Of a stretch of DNA of 64,000 nt, positions 11,864-24,300 are shown in pieces. Below the pieces are notes generated by a model. That model searched no databases. It was not told the origin of the DNA and saw only the letters and a program-made list of their open reading frames with translations. Within the stretch, counting starts at the first letter, position 1. Each line of letters starts with the position of its first letter. A program made the position numbers and the translations under genes. The DNA comes from Anaeramoeba ignava BMAN (Eukaryota; Protista; Anaeramoebae). The stretch covers positions 969,943 to 1,033,942 of the forward strand of contig JAPDFW010000103.1 in the NCBI GenBank assembly GCA_028826165.1, given 5' to 3'.

Positions 11864-14800
11864 TTAAATGAAATAAGTCTCAAGTTCATCAACAATCCAT
11901 GATTTATAAGAACCAGCTAAATAACTTTGAGCTTCATCTGTTCCTTTTTTAATTCCATTAGGTAGATTATAACTAGTACCAAAATCTGATTGACCAGGTT
12001 GTAAATTAGAAGATAAGAAAAAATCATAATCTGTTTTAATAAAGATAAATAATTAATTTTAATAATAATTAATAATAATTTAATTTAAAATTAATTTTAT
12101 TTTAAATTTAAATAATAATATTATTTATTATATTAATATTTTAGATTATTTATTAATTTAATTTTAATTATAATAATAATAAATATTTATTAAATATAAA
12201 TTATTTACGATCTATTTTAATAAATATAAATAATTAATTTTTAATAATAATTAATAATAATTTATTTTAAAATTAATTTTATTTTTAAATTTAAATAATA
12301 ATATTATTTATTATATTAATATTTTTAGATTATTTATTAATTTAATTTTAATTATAATAATAAATATTTATTAAATATAAATTGACACGATCTATTTTAA
12401 TAAATATAAATAATTAATTTTAATAATAATTAATAATAATTTAATTTAAAATTTATTTTATTTTAAATTGAAATAATAATATTATTTATTATATTAATAT
12501 TTTAGATTATTTATTAATTTAATTTTAATTATAATAATATTTATTTATTAAATATAAATTATTTACTAGCTATTTTAATAAATATAAATAATTAATTTTA
12601 ATAACAATTAATAATAATTAAATTAAAATTATTTTTATTTTAAATTTAAATAATAATATTATTTATTATATTAATATTTTGGATTAATTATTAATTTAAT
12701 TTTAATTATAATAATAAATATTTATTAAATATAAATTATTTACCATCTATTTTAATAAATATAAATAATTAATTTTAATAATAATTAATAATAATTTAAT
12801 TTAAAAATTTATTTTATTTTAAATTTAAATAATAATATTATTTAATATATTAATATTTTTAGATTATTTATTAATTTAATTTTAATTATAATAATAAATA
12901 TTTATTAAATATAAATTATTTACGTGCTATTTTAATAAATATAAATAATTAATTTTAATAATAATTAATAATAATTTAATTTAAAATTTATTTTATTTTA
13001 AATTTAAATAATAATATTATTTATTATATTAATATTTTAGATTATTTATTAATTTAATTTTAATTATAATAATATTTATTTATTAAATATAAATTATTTA
13101 CCAACTATTTTTAATAAATATAAATAATTAATTTTAATAATAATTAATAATAATTTAATTTAAAATTAATTTTATTTTTAAATTGAAATAATAATATTAT
13201 TTAATATATATTAATATTTTAATTATTTATTAATTTAATTTTAATTATAATAATAATAAATATTTATTAAATATAAATTATTTACTCCCTATTTTAATAA
13301 ATATAAATAATTAATTTTAATAATAATTAATAATAATTTAATTTAAAATTAATTTTATTTTAAATTTAAATAATAATATTATTTATTATATTAATATTTT
13401 AGATTATTTATTAATTTAATTTTAATTATAATAATAATAAATATTTATTAAATATAAATTATTTGTGATCTATTTTAATAAATATAAATAATTAATTTTA
13501 ATAATAATTAATAATAATTTAATTTAAAATTTATTTTATTTTTAAATTGAAATAATAATATTATTTATTATATTAATATTTTGGATTATTTATTAATTTA
13601 ATTTTAATTATAATAATAAATATTTATTAAAATATAAATTATTTTATTTATTTTTAATAAATATAAATAATTAATTTTAATAATAATTAATAATAATTTT
13701 AATTTAAAATTTAATTTTATTTTAAATTGAAATAATAATATTATTTATTATATTAATATTTTGGATTATTTTATTAATTTAATTTTAATTATAATAATAT
13801 TTATTTATTAAATATAAATTATTTACTAAACTATTTTAATAAATATAAATAATTAATTTTAATAATAATAATAATAATTTAATTTTAAATTTAATTTTTA
13901 TTTTAAATTGAAAAATAATAATATTATTTATTATATTAATATTTTTGGATTATTTATTAATTTAATTTTAATTATAATAATAATTATTTATTAAAATATA
14001 AATTATTTACTAGCTATTTTAATAAATATAAATAATTAATTTTAATAATAATTAATAATAATTTAATTTAAAATTATTTTTATTTTAAATTTAAATAATA
14101 ATATTATTTATTATATTAATATTTTAGATTATTTATTAATTTAATTTTAATTATAATAAATATTTATTAAAATATAAATTATTTACCATCTATTTTCTTA
14201 AAATATAAATAATTTATTTTTTAATAATAATTAATAATAATTTAATTTAAAATTAATTTTATTTTAAAATTGAAATAATAATATTATTTATTATATTGAT
14301 ATTTTTGGATTATTTATTAATTTAATTTTTAATTATAATAATAAATATTTTATTAAATATAAATTATTTTAACTATTTTAATAAAGAATAAATAAATTAA
14401 TTTTAATAATAATTAATAATAATTTTAATTTAAAATTAATTTTTATTTTAAATTTAAAATAATAATATTATTTATTATATTATATTTTTTGTATTATTTA
14501 TTAATTTAATTTTAATTATAATAATAAATATTTATTAAATATAAATTATTTACAAGCTATTTTTAATAAAGATAAATAATTAATTTTAATAATAATTAAT
14601 AATAATTTAATTTAAAATTAATTTTATTTTTAAATTGAAATAATAATATTATTTATTATATTAATATTTTAGATTATTTATTAATTTAATTTTAATTATA
14701 ATAATAATAAATATTTATTAAATATAAATTATTTACCAACTATTTTAATAAATATAAATAATTAATTTTAATAATAATTAATAATAATTTAATTTAAAAT

Positions 14801-17800
14801 TTATTTTATTTTAAATTTAAATAATAATATTATTTATTATATTAATATTTTAGATTATTTATTAATTTAATTTTTAATTATAATAATAAATATTTATTAA
14901 ATATAAATTATTTACCAAGCTATTTTAATAAATATAAATAATTAATTTTAATAATAATTAATAATAATTTAATTTAAAATTAAATTTTATTTTAATTTAA
15001 ATAATAATATTATTTATTATATTAATATTTTAGATTATTTATTAATTTAATTTTAATTATAATAATAAATATTTATTAAATATAAATTATTTACATTCTA
15101 TTTTTAATAAATATAAATAATTAATTTTAATAATAATTAATAATAATTTAATTTAAAATTTATTTTATTTTAAATTGAAATAATAATATTATTTATTATA
15201 TTAATATTTTAGATTATTTATTAATTTAATTTTAATTATAATAATAATAAATATTTATTAAATATAAATTATTTTACCATCTATTTTAATAAATATAAAT
15301 AATTAATTTTAATAATAATTAATAATAATTTAATTTAAAATTAATTTTTATTTTAAATTTAAATAATAATATTATTGATTATATTAATATTTTTGTATTA
15401 TTTATTAATTTAATTTTAATTATAATAATAAATATTTATTAAATATAAATTATTTTACGATCTATTTTAATAAATATAAATAATTAATTTTAATAATAAT
15501 TAATAATAATTTAATTTAAAATTAATTTTATTTTTAAATTGAAATAATAATATTATTTATTATATTAATATTTTGGATTATTTATTAATTTAATTTTAAT
15601 TATAATAATAAATATTTATTAAATATAAATTATTTACAATCTATTTTAATAAAGATAAATAATTAATTTTAATAATAATAATAATTTAATTTTAAAATTA
15701 ATTTTATTTTAAATTTAAATAATAATATTATTTAATATATTAATATTTTGGATTATTTATTAATTTAATTTTAATTAAAATAATAAATATTTATTAAATA
15801 TAAATTATTTACCAACTGTTTTAATAAAAATAAATAATTAATTTTAATAATAATTAATTTAATTTAAAATTAATTTTATTTTAAATTTAAATAATAATAT
15901 TATTTATTATATTAATATTTTTGGATTATTTATTAATTTAATTTTAATTATAATAATAAATATTTATTAAATATAAATTATTTACTCTCTATTTTAATAA
16001 ATATAAATAATTAATTTTAATAATAATTAATAATAATTTAATTTAAAATTAATTTTATTTTAAATTTAAATAATAATATTATTTATTATATTAATATTTT
16101 GGATTATTTATTAATTTAATTTTAATTATAATAATAAATATTTATTAAATATAAAATTATTTACTCCCTATTTTAATAAAGATAAATAATTAATTTTAAT
16201 AATAATTAATAATAATTTAATTTAAAATTAAATTTTTATTTTAAATTTAAATAATAATATTATTGATTATATTAATATTTTGTATTATTTATTAATTTAA
16301 TTTTAATTATAATAATAAATATTTATTAAATATAAATTATTTACTCTCTATTTTAATAAATATAAATAATTAATTTTAATAATAATTAATAATAATTTAA
16401 TTTAAAATTAATTTTATTTTAAATTAAAATAATAATATTATTTATTATATTAATATTTTAGATTATTTATTAATTTAATTTTAATTATAATAATAAATAT
16501 TTATTAAATAAAAATATGATTTATATTTACATCCAAAAATTGGACCATAACTTAAATTATAATAAATTGCATTTCCTTCTTTTCCTTGTTTAATTGTAAA
16601 CTTTTCTGGTTTTCTATCTCCTTTATCATTTCTTAATGAAAAAATAAATGCATTTGAGTCATTAATCCTTCCTTTATTTCCATTAAATCCAACTTGAGTA
16701 AATCCTCCAAAAATAAAATTATCTTTTGTTTTGATAATAACTAATGTTTTTCCTTTTCCATCAACTGCTTTATGCCAATTTTTAGAATTAAATCCATCTC
16801 TTTTTGCTGAAAATCCTTTTTTCATTTTGGAAAAAAAATCATTATTATTTATCCATTCTTGTAATTTCTTAGCATATTCATTTTCTGTAATAATTTCTGA
16901 ATCTGAAAAAATCTTCAACAATTTATTTTGATTTTGATTTTCATTTTCATTTTCATTTTCATTTTGATTTTGATTTTGATTTTGATTTTCATTTTCATTT
17001 TCATTTTCATTTTGATTTTGATTTTGATTTTGATTTTGATTTTCATTTTCATTTTGGATTTGAATTTGATTTTGATTTTCATTTTGATTTGATTCTTCTT
17101 TTTGATTTTCTTTGATTTTTTGTTTCTCTTTTTCAATTTCTTTCTCAAATGATAATTTAAGATTCTGTATTTCTTCATCTTTTTGTTTGAGAATTTTATC
17201 TTTCTTTTCAATTTCAATTTCTTTTTTTTGGTTTTCTTGTTTCAAATTTTGATTTTCAGATTCAAATAATTTGATTTTCTTATCATTTTCTTTAATTTTT
17301 GCTTGAATTTTCTTTTTCCTTATCTTGAAAAAGTTGAGTTTGAAGATCAATTAAAAAAGAATTTGGAAGAAAAATATCAAATTGTTTTAATTTATCAAAA
17401 TCTTGTTTTGAAATTGAATCTTTATCAAATAATGAAAAAAAAGAATGAAATAATCTTTTCTTTGCATTCATTTTGTGTTTATATTTCCTTAATCTTGATG
17501 AATTAACTCTTTTTTCAATCCAATTATCCAAAAATTGAAAAAAATCAAATTGAAAAATTTCTTTTTTTTCTTGTTTAAATTGAATAAATTTGATAATTTC
17601 TTCTTTAGTTAAATTGAATAAATTCTCATTATTCTGAATTTGGGAAAAATTTTGATTTATTAATTCAAAACATTTTATTTCAATTTCATTTGAATTTAAA
17701 TTTCGATTTTGGAATAAAAATTGGAAAAAATTTGAATAATTAATTGAATTTGAAATTTTTTTTTGAATAATTTCTTTCAATAAATTTAATTTAAAATAAA

Positions 17801-18178
17801 TTGAAATTTCTAATAATTGGATAAGATTTTCTTGATTATCAAAAGAAATATTTCCATAATAAATATAACTCAAAATTGATTCCATTTCTTTTTTATTAAA
17901 TTGATTTAAAAAAATCTTATTAATCTGATCTCTATCTCTTAAAAACTCATTAAAAAAAGGAGATCTTGAAGATAAAATTGATTTATGAACTTTAATTTCA
18001 AAAGTATTTGGTTCTTTCTCAACAAAAATTGAAAAATCTTTAAATGAATTTCCATTTAAAAGGTTTGAATAATCTTTAATTAAATTTTTGTTACTTTTTC
18101 TAAATTTTTCATTTCATTTTCATTTTTGATTTTTGGTTTTGCATTTTGAATTTGGTTATTATCATTATTATTATCCAT
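11864..18178 (-). CDS. BTB/POZ - coiled coil - TLDc protein, copy 1, with micro-exon array
   Basis: The large exon 18178-16531 encodes BTB (KVHKSILSSRSPFF) and TLDc (FSAKRDGF, KGKTLVIIKT, IFGGFT, AFIFSL, GPIFG). The terminal exon 12030-11864 reads YDFFLSSNLQPGQSDFGTSYNLPNG...YLAGSYKSWIVDELETYFI*. Frameshifts near 17300 and possibly near 18120 are either errors or decay. Confidence 0.85.
12031..16530 (-). repeat. Array of 24 ~178-bp units, each an intron plus a 3-nt micro-exon (copy 1)
   Basis: The + strand shows TTTAC-nnn-CTATTTT (reverse complement AAAATAG-NNN-GTAAA) about every 178 bp. 19 units have clean 3-nt exons, 2 have 4-nt exons and 3 are degenerate. Confidence 0.9.
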
Positions 18179-18559
18179 TTTGTTTTTTTTTGTTTTTGTT
18201 TTTGTTTTTTTTGTTTTTGTTTTTAAAAAGGAAAAATGAAAAAAAATTTAAAAAAAAATAAATAAAGGAAGGCAAAAATAAATAAAAATATAAAAATAAG
18301 AATAAATTTAAATTAATAATTAATTTAATTTTCTTTTTAATTTATTATTTTAAATTAATTTATTAATAAATTATTATTTTTTTTATTAATTTTTTTATTA
18401 AAAAAAAGGAAAATTATTTTAATTTAATTTTTAATTTAATTTTTTTTTGGAATTTAAAAATTATTAATAAATTTAAATTTTAAAACAAATTTCAAATTAA
18501 TATTAATTCAATTTAATTCAAAAAGATAAAATTTTAATTTCAAAAATCAATTTTCAAAA

Positions 18560-19110
18560 TATTTTAAATAATAAAATATTTAAATCTAAAAACAATAAAT
18601 TATTATTTTAATAATGAAATTAAATATTAAATTATATTTTTAAATTAATTTATAAATTAAATATTAAATCAAATCTATTCTTATTTTTTATATTTTTATG
18701 TTAAATTTTTAAATAATAAAATATTTAAATCTAAAACAATAAATTATTATTTTAATAACAAAATTAAATATTAAATTATATTTTTAAATTAATTTACAAA
18801 TTAAATATTAAATTAAACTCTATTTCCATTTTTATTTTTTATGTTTAATATTTAAATAATAAAATATTTAAATTTAAAACAATAAATTATTATTTTAATA
18901 ATAAAATTAAATATTAAATTATATTTTTAAATTAATTTATTAAATTAAATATTAAATTAAATCTATTCTTATTTTTATATTTATATGTTAAATATTTAAA
19001 TAATAAAATATTTAAATCTAAAACAATAAATTATTATTTTAATAATAAAATTAAATATTAAATTATATTTTTAAATTGATTATTAAATTAAATACTAAAT
19101 TAAACTTATT
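18560..19110. repeat. ~144-bp tandem repeat (about 4 units) upstream of BTB-TLDc copy 1
   Basis: The AATCTATTCTTATTTT-type marker recurs near 18675, 18820, 18963 and 19106. It is the reverse complement of the repeat at 36760-37735. Confidence 0.8.
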
Positions 19111-19111
19111 C

Positions 19112-19560
19112 TTATTTATTATTAAATTTATTAATTAATAAATCAAATAAATTTGGATATGTTTGATTTAATTGAAAATAATCAATTCCAATTTTAATTT
19201 CATTAATGATTTCTTGTTTAATTTGAATATCTTCTTTAATTTGATTTGAATAAATCCAATATTCAAATATTTGAAATGATTTATTACTTAATTCACTATA
19301 ATCTGTAACTTTATTTGATGTATCATTTGTTACAGATAAAAACATTCCTCGATATAATTCACTTCTCATTATTAATATTAATTTTGGAAATTTATATTGT
19401 TTTTCTTTTCTTTCAATAATAAAATCTTTTTCATTTTCATTTAAATAAATTCTTTTCATTGTTTCTTCAATTTTTTCATTTGAATTTATAATTTCTTTAA
19501 TTTCAGAATATAATTTTGGATTTATTTTGGAATTATTTGAATAAATCATTTCAAATATTT
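19112..19560 (-). pseudogene. Orphan 3' fragment of an RCC1-BTB gene
   Basis: Near-identical to the last ~145 aa of the genes at 165 and 2179. It starts in a (CAAAAT)n tract with no upstream RCC1 region. Confidence 0.75.
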
Positions 19561-19676
19561 GATTTTGATTTTGATTTTGATTTTGATTTTCATTTTGATT
19601 TTGATTTTTTTTATTTTTTTAAAAGACAAAAAAAGGAAAAAAATGTTTTGTTTTGAATTGATTTTCATTATTAAAA

Positions 19677-21111
19677 TTAAGATTGATAAGTAAAATTATT
19701 TTTTTCGAGATTATTTAATTTAGGACCATTATAACCAGCAATATAATAACTTCCATCTTGTGGACCAAGTTTTTGCAAGGCAATTAAACAAACATCAATC
19801 ATTGCTCCAACAAAAAAAAATCCACCAGTTAAAAGTTTTAATAATCCAATAGCAGGATATCCAAGATAAAAACGATCAGCTCCAAAAATTCCAAAAAATA
19901 TTGAATATGCAAGTGCTTGTGAATATGATTTTCCATTACTTTTTTTTTGTTTTTGATTAGATTAAAATTTAAGTTTTTTTTTTTCATTTTTTTTATAATT
20001 TACGTGTATCTGCAAGGTGCTTCAACTTTAAATGTTGTTGAACCTGTACAATTTACACCAAAATTAACTGTACAAGAAACTATATTTTTAAATTATAAAA
20101 TATAAATATAAATATAAATATTTAAAATATAAATATAAATATAAATATTTAAAATATAAATATAAATATAAATATTTAAAATATAAATATAAATATAAAT
20201 ATAAATATTTAAAATATAAATATAAATATAAATATAAATATAAATATAAATATAAATATAAATATAAATATAAATATAATTCTAATTCTAATTTTAATTT
20301 AAAAATATTTTTAATTTAATTTTAATTCTAATTTAATTTAAATTAATATTAATTTTAATTTTATTTTAAATTTAAATTTTTAATTTAATTTTAATTTTAA
20401 TTTTAATTTTAATTAATTTTAATTCTAATTCTAATTTTAATTTTAATTTTCTAATTAATTTAATTTTAATTTACCCTGAATTCTAATTTAATTTCTAATT
20501 CTAATTCTAATTCAATTCTAATCCTAATTTTAATTAATTCTAATTTTAATTTTAATTTTTCAATTTAATTTTTAATTTTAATTTAATTCCAATTTTTTAA
20601 TTCTAATTTTAATTTTAATTTTAATTTTAATTTTAATTTTAATTTTAAAATTTTTTTAATTTTTTTTTAATTTTAATTTTAATTTTAATTAATTTTAATT
20701 CTAATAATTTAATTCTAATTTTAATTTTAATTCTAATTCTAATTCTAATTCTAATTCTAATTGTAATTTTAATTTTAATTTTAATTTAATTTTAATTTTA
20801 ATTTTAATTTTAATTTTAATTTTAATTTTAATTTTAATTTTAATTTTAATTTTAATTTTAATTTTAATTTTAATTTTAATTTTAATTTTAATTTTAATTT
20901 TAATTTTAATTATAATTGTAATTTGTAATCTACCTTGTACTTTATTATTTTTTTGACAATTTTTTAATTCATAAGTATCTTCATCTATTGAAGGTTTTTC
21001 ACAAGAATATTGAGAAGGATGAAGATTTGAACATTGAATTGCCAGTACAGTTTCAGAAAAAATAGAAAAAAAATAAATTAAAGAAATAAAAATAAGGAAA
21101 AATCTTTTCAT
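19677..21111 (-). CDS. TM2 domain-containing protein (TM2D1/BBP-like), 3 exons
   Basis: Exons 21111-20934, 20079-20004 and 19938-19677. Signal peptide, Cys-rich ectodomain, and the TM2 motif CRYTNGKSYSQALAYSIFFGIFGADRFYLGY. Confidence 0.88.
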
Positions 21112-21371
21112 AAAATTTTTTTTAAATAAGAAAGAAAAAAAATGAAAAAAAAAAAAAATAAAAAAATTAAAAAAAAAAAAATAAATTTAATATTAATTTA
21201 TATATATATAAAAAAATATTAAAATATTAAAATATAATACGTGTTTTTTTTATTAAATTTTTAATTAAAAAAAAATAAAAAAAATTTTTTTTTCAATTTT
21301 CTTTTTTTCATTTTTTTTTTCAATTTCAATTTTTAATAATAATAATAATAAAATTATAAATTAATTTACAA

Positions 21372-24300
21372 ATGGCATTATTTTCAATTCAACAAAAATC
21401 AATTTGTTCATGGATTCCATTTGTACCAAATAAATTAGAGATAAAAAACGAAGAACAAGCAAAACAACTTCAAAGTGAAGATTTAATAGTGACAGCACCA
21501 ATTGAAACAACAAATGAAAATGATTTTTCGTTAAAAATTTTTTCACCAACTTTTTATTCAGAAAACGAAGAAAAAAAACCAATTTTACTTGGAACGCACC
21601 ATATAGATTCCTATGTAGAGAAAATAATATGGGGCAAGTCAATTATTCAAGATTCTTTTCCTTTAGGTGTTTTAGCTGCTGGAATGAATGATGGTTCAAT
21701 TAATTTGTGGAATCCTAATTCTATTATTCAAAGTGATTCTGAAAATGTTCTTATTTCTCATGTTTCTCATCATTCTCAAAAAGTTTTGGATTTGGATTTT
21801 AATTTTAATAGACCTAATTTATTAGCTACTGGTTCTTCTAAAAATGAAGTAAAATTTTAATAAAAATTTATTTATAAAATCAAAATTTTAATAAAAATTT
21901 ATTTATAAATATAAAATTAAAATTAAAATTAAAATTAAAATTAAAATTAAAATTAAAATTAAAATTAAAATTAAAATTAAAAAAATTAAAATTAAAATTA
22001 AAATTAAAATTAAAATTAAAATTAAAATTAAAATTAAAATTAAAATTAAAATTAAAATTAAATTAAAATTAAAATTAAAATTAAAATTAAAATTAAAATA
22101 AAATTAAAATTAAAATAAAAAAATTAAAAATAAAAATAAAATTAAAAAAAATCATTTATAAAATTAAAAATTATTAAATTAAAATTAAAAAAATCAAAAT
22201 TAAAATAAAATTAAAATTAAAAATTAAATTAAAATTAAAATTAAAAATTAAAATTAAAAAATTAAAAAATTAAAATCAAAATTAAAATTAAAATTAAAAT
22301 TAAAATTAAAATTAAAATTAAAATTAAAATTAAAAATAAAATTAAAATTAAAATTAAAAATTAAAATTAAAATTAAAATTAAAATTAAAAATTAAAATTA
22401 AAATTAAAATTAAAATTAAAAATTAAAATTAAAATTAAAAATTAAAATTAAAAATTAAAATTAAAATTAAAATTTAAAATTAAAATTAAAAAAATTAAAA
22501 ATTAAATTAAAATTAAAATTAAAATAAAAATTAAAATAAATTAAAAATTAAAATTAAAAATAAAAAAATTAAAATTAAAATAAAAATAAAAATTAAAATT
22601 AAAATTAAAATTAAAATTAAAATTATAATTAAAATTAATTTATAAATATAAAATTAAAATCAAAATTAAAATTAAAATTAAAATTAAAATTAAAATTAAA
22701 ATTAAAATTAAAATTAAAATTAAAATTAAAATTAAAAATTAGCTTTATATTTGGGATCTTTCAAATACAGAATCACCTAAAATATATTCACCAATTTCTA
22801 AACCAACACCTGAACTTGAAATGACAAGTATTAGATGGAATCCACACAATTCATTTCAACATTTTCTTGGATCAACAACATCCAATGGAATAGTATCAGT
22901 TTGGAATTTAGCAAATAAACAAGAAATAGCAAAATATACAGATAAAAGAAAAAGAAAATTCTCTTCATTAGTTTGGGATCCTGAAATTGTAATTATTGTT
23001 ATTATTATTTAAATAATATTTAAATTTAAATTTAAATTATTTTTATTTTAAAAAAGCCAATTAATTTTGTTACAAGTGTTGATGATGAAGATCAACCTTG
23101 CACATATTTATGGGATCTTCGAAATAAAAAAACACCAGTTAAAGTAAAAAAATTAAAATTCATTTATAAAATTAAAATTAAAATTAAAATTTAAAATTAA
23201 AATTAAAATTAAAATAAAATTAAAATTAAAATTTAAAATTAAAATTAAAATTTAAAATTAAAATTAAATTAAAATTAAAATTAAAATTCATTTATAAAAT
23301 TGAATAATAAAATTTAAATTAAAATTAAAAATTAAAAATTAAAAATTAAAATTAAAATTATAATTAAAATTAAAATTAAAATTAAAATTATAATAAAAAT
23401 TAAAATTAAAATTAAAATTCATTTATAAAATTAAAATTCAAAATTAAAATCTAAATTAAAATTAAAATTAAAATTAAAATTAAAAAAAAAGCAATTTCTA
23501 GGTCATAAAAGAGGTGTCGTTTTAGCTTCTTGGTGCCCATTCGATTCACAACTCCTTTTAACAGCAGGAAGAGACAACAAAATTATCATCTGGAATACAA
23601 TAACAGGAAAACAAGTAAATGAAATCACAACTGAATCAGGATACCCAACGCATATAGAATGGTCAAAAATCACACCATCATTATTTCTTAGTTGCGAATC
23701 AGAAGGAAAAATCAACATTCATTCAGCTCAAGAACCAGCAAATGAAACAAACCCATCAATATCAGAAATTGTACCCAAATGGATGAAAAAACCAGCAAGT
23801 ATTTCTTTTGGATTTAAAGGCCAAATCATCTCAACTAAAACTTTGAAATCCCAAAAAGAATCACAAGTTTCTATTCATCAACCAATTTCAACCGAAAATT
23901 TAATGCAAAGAGTTTCTAAACTCAAAAATGCAATTTCGGGAGAAATCAATGAATTGGAGGATTATTGCCAAGAAAAAATCCAAAACGAACCTGATTCAAA
24001 AGAATTTTGGCAATTGGTTCAAATTGTGTCAAGTCAAGATGAACGCAAAAAATTGCAAGATTTCCTTGGAATTAAGGAAAATCAATTGAAGGAAAATTTG
24101 GAAAAATTCCAAGATGAAAATGATAAAAAAGATGAAGATAAAAATGAAAATGAAAATGAAAATGAAAATGAAAATCAAATTGAAAATGAAAATGAAAATG
24201 AAAATGAAAGTGAAAATGAAAATCAAAATGAAAAAGTTGAAGAAACACCAAAAGATGATTTTTCACAACTTTTTAATTCAGAAACAACACCCGATTTTGC

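Noticed and set aside
12031-16530. CRISPR-like appearance (conserved repeat with variable spacer)
   Set aside because: The repeats are ~175 bp and the variable parts are only 3 nt bounded by AG and GT. The context is eukaryotic with no cas genes, so an intron plus micro-exon reading fits better.
17292-17350. Programmed frameshifting or an alternative genetic code to explain broken ORFs
   Set aside because: The breaks fall in homopolymer runs, the paralogue at 38122 is intact, and conserved genes end at standard stop codons.
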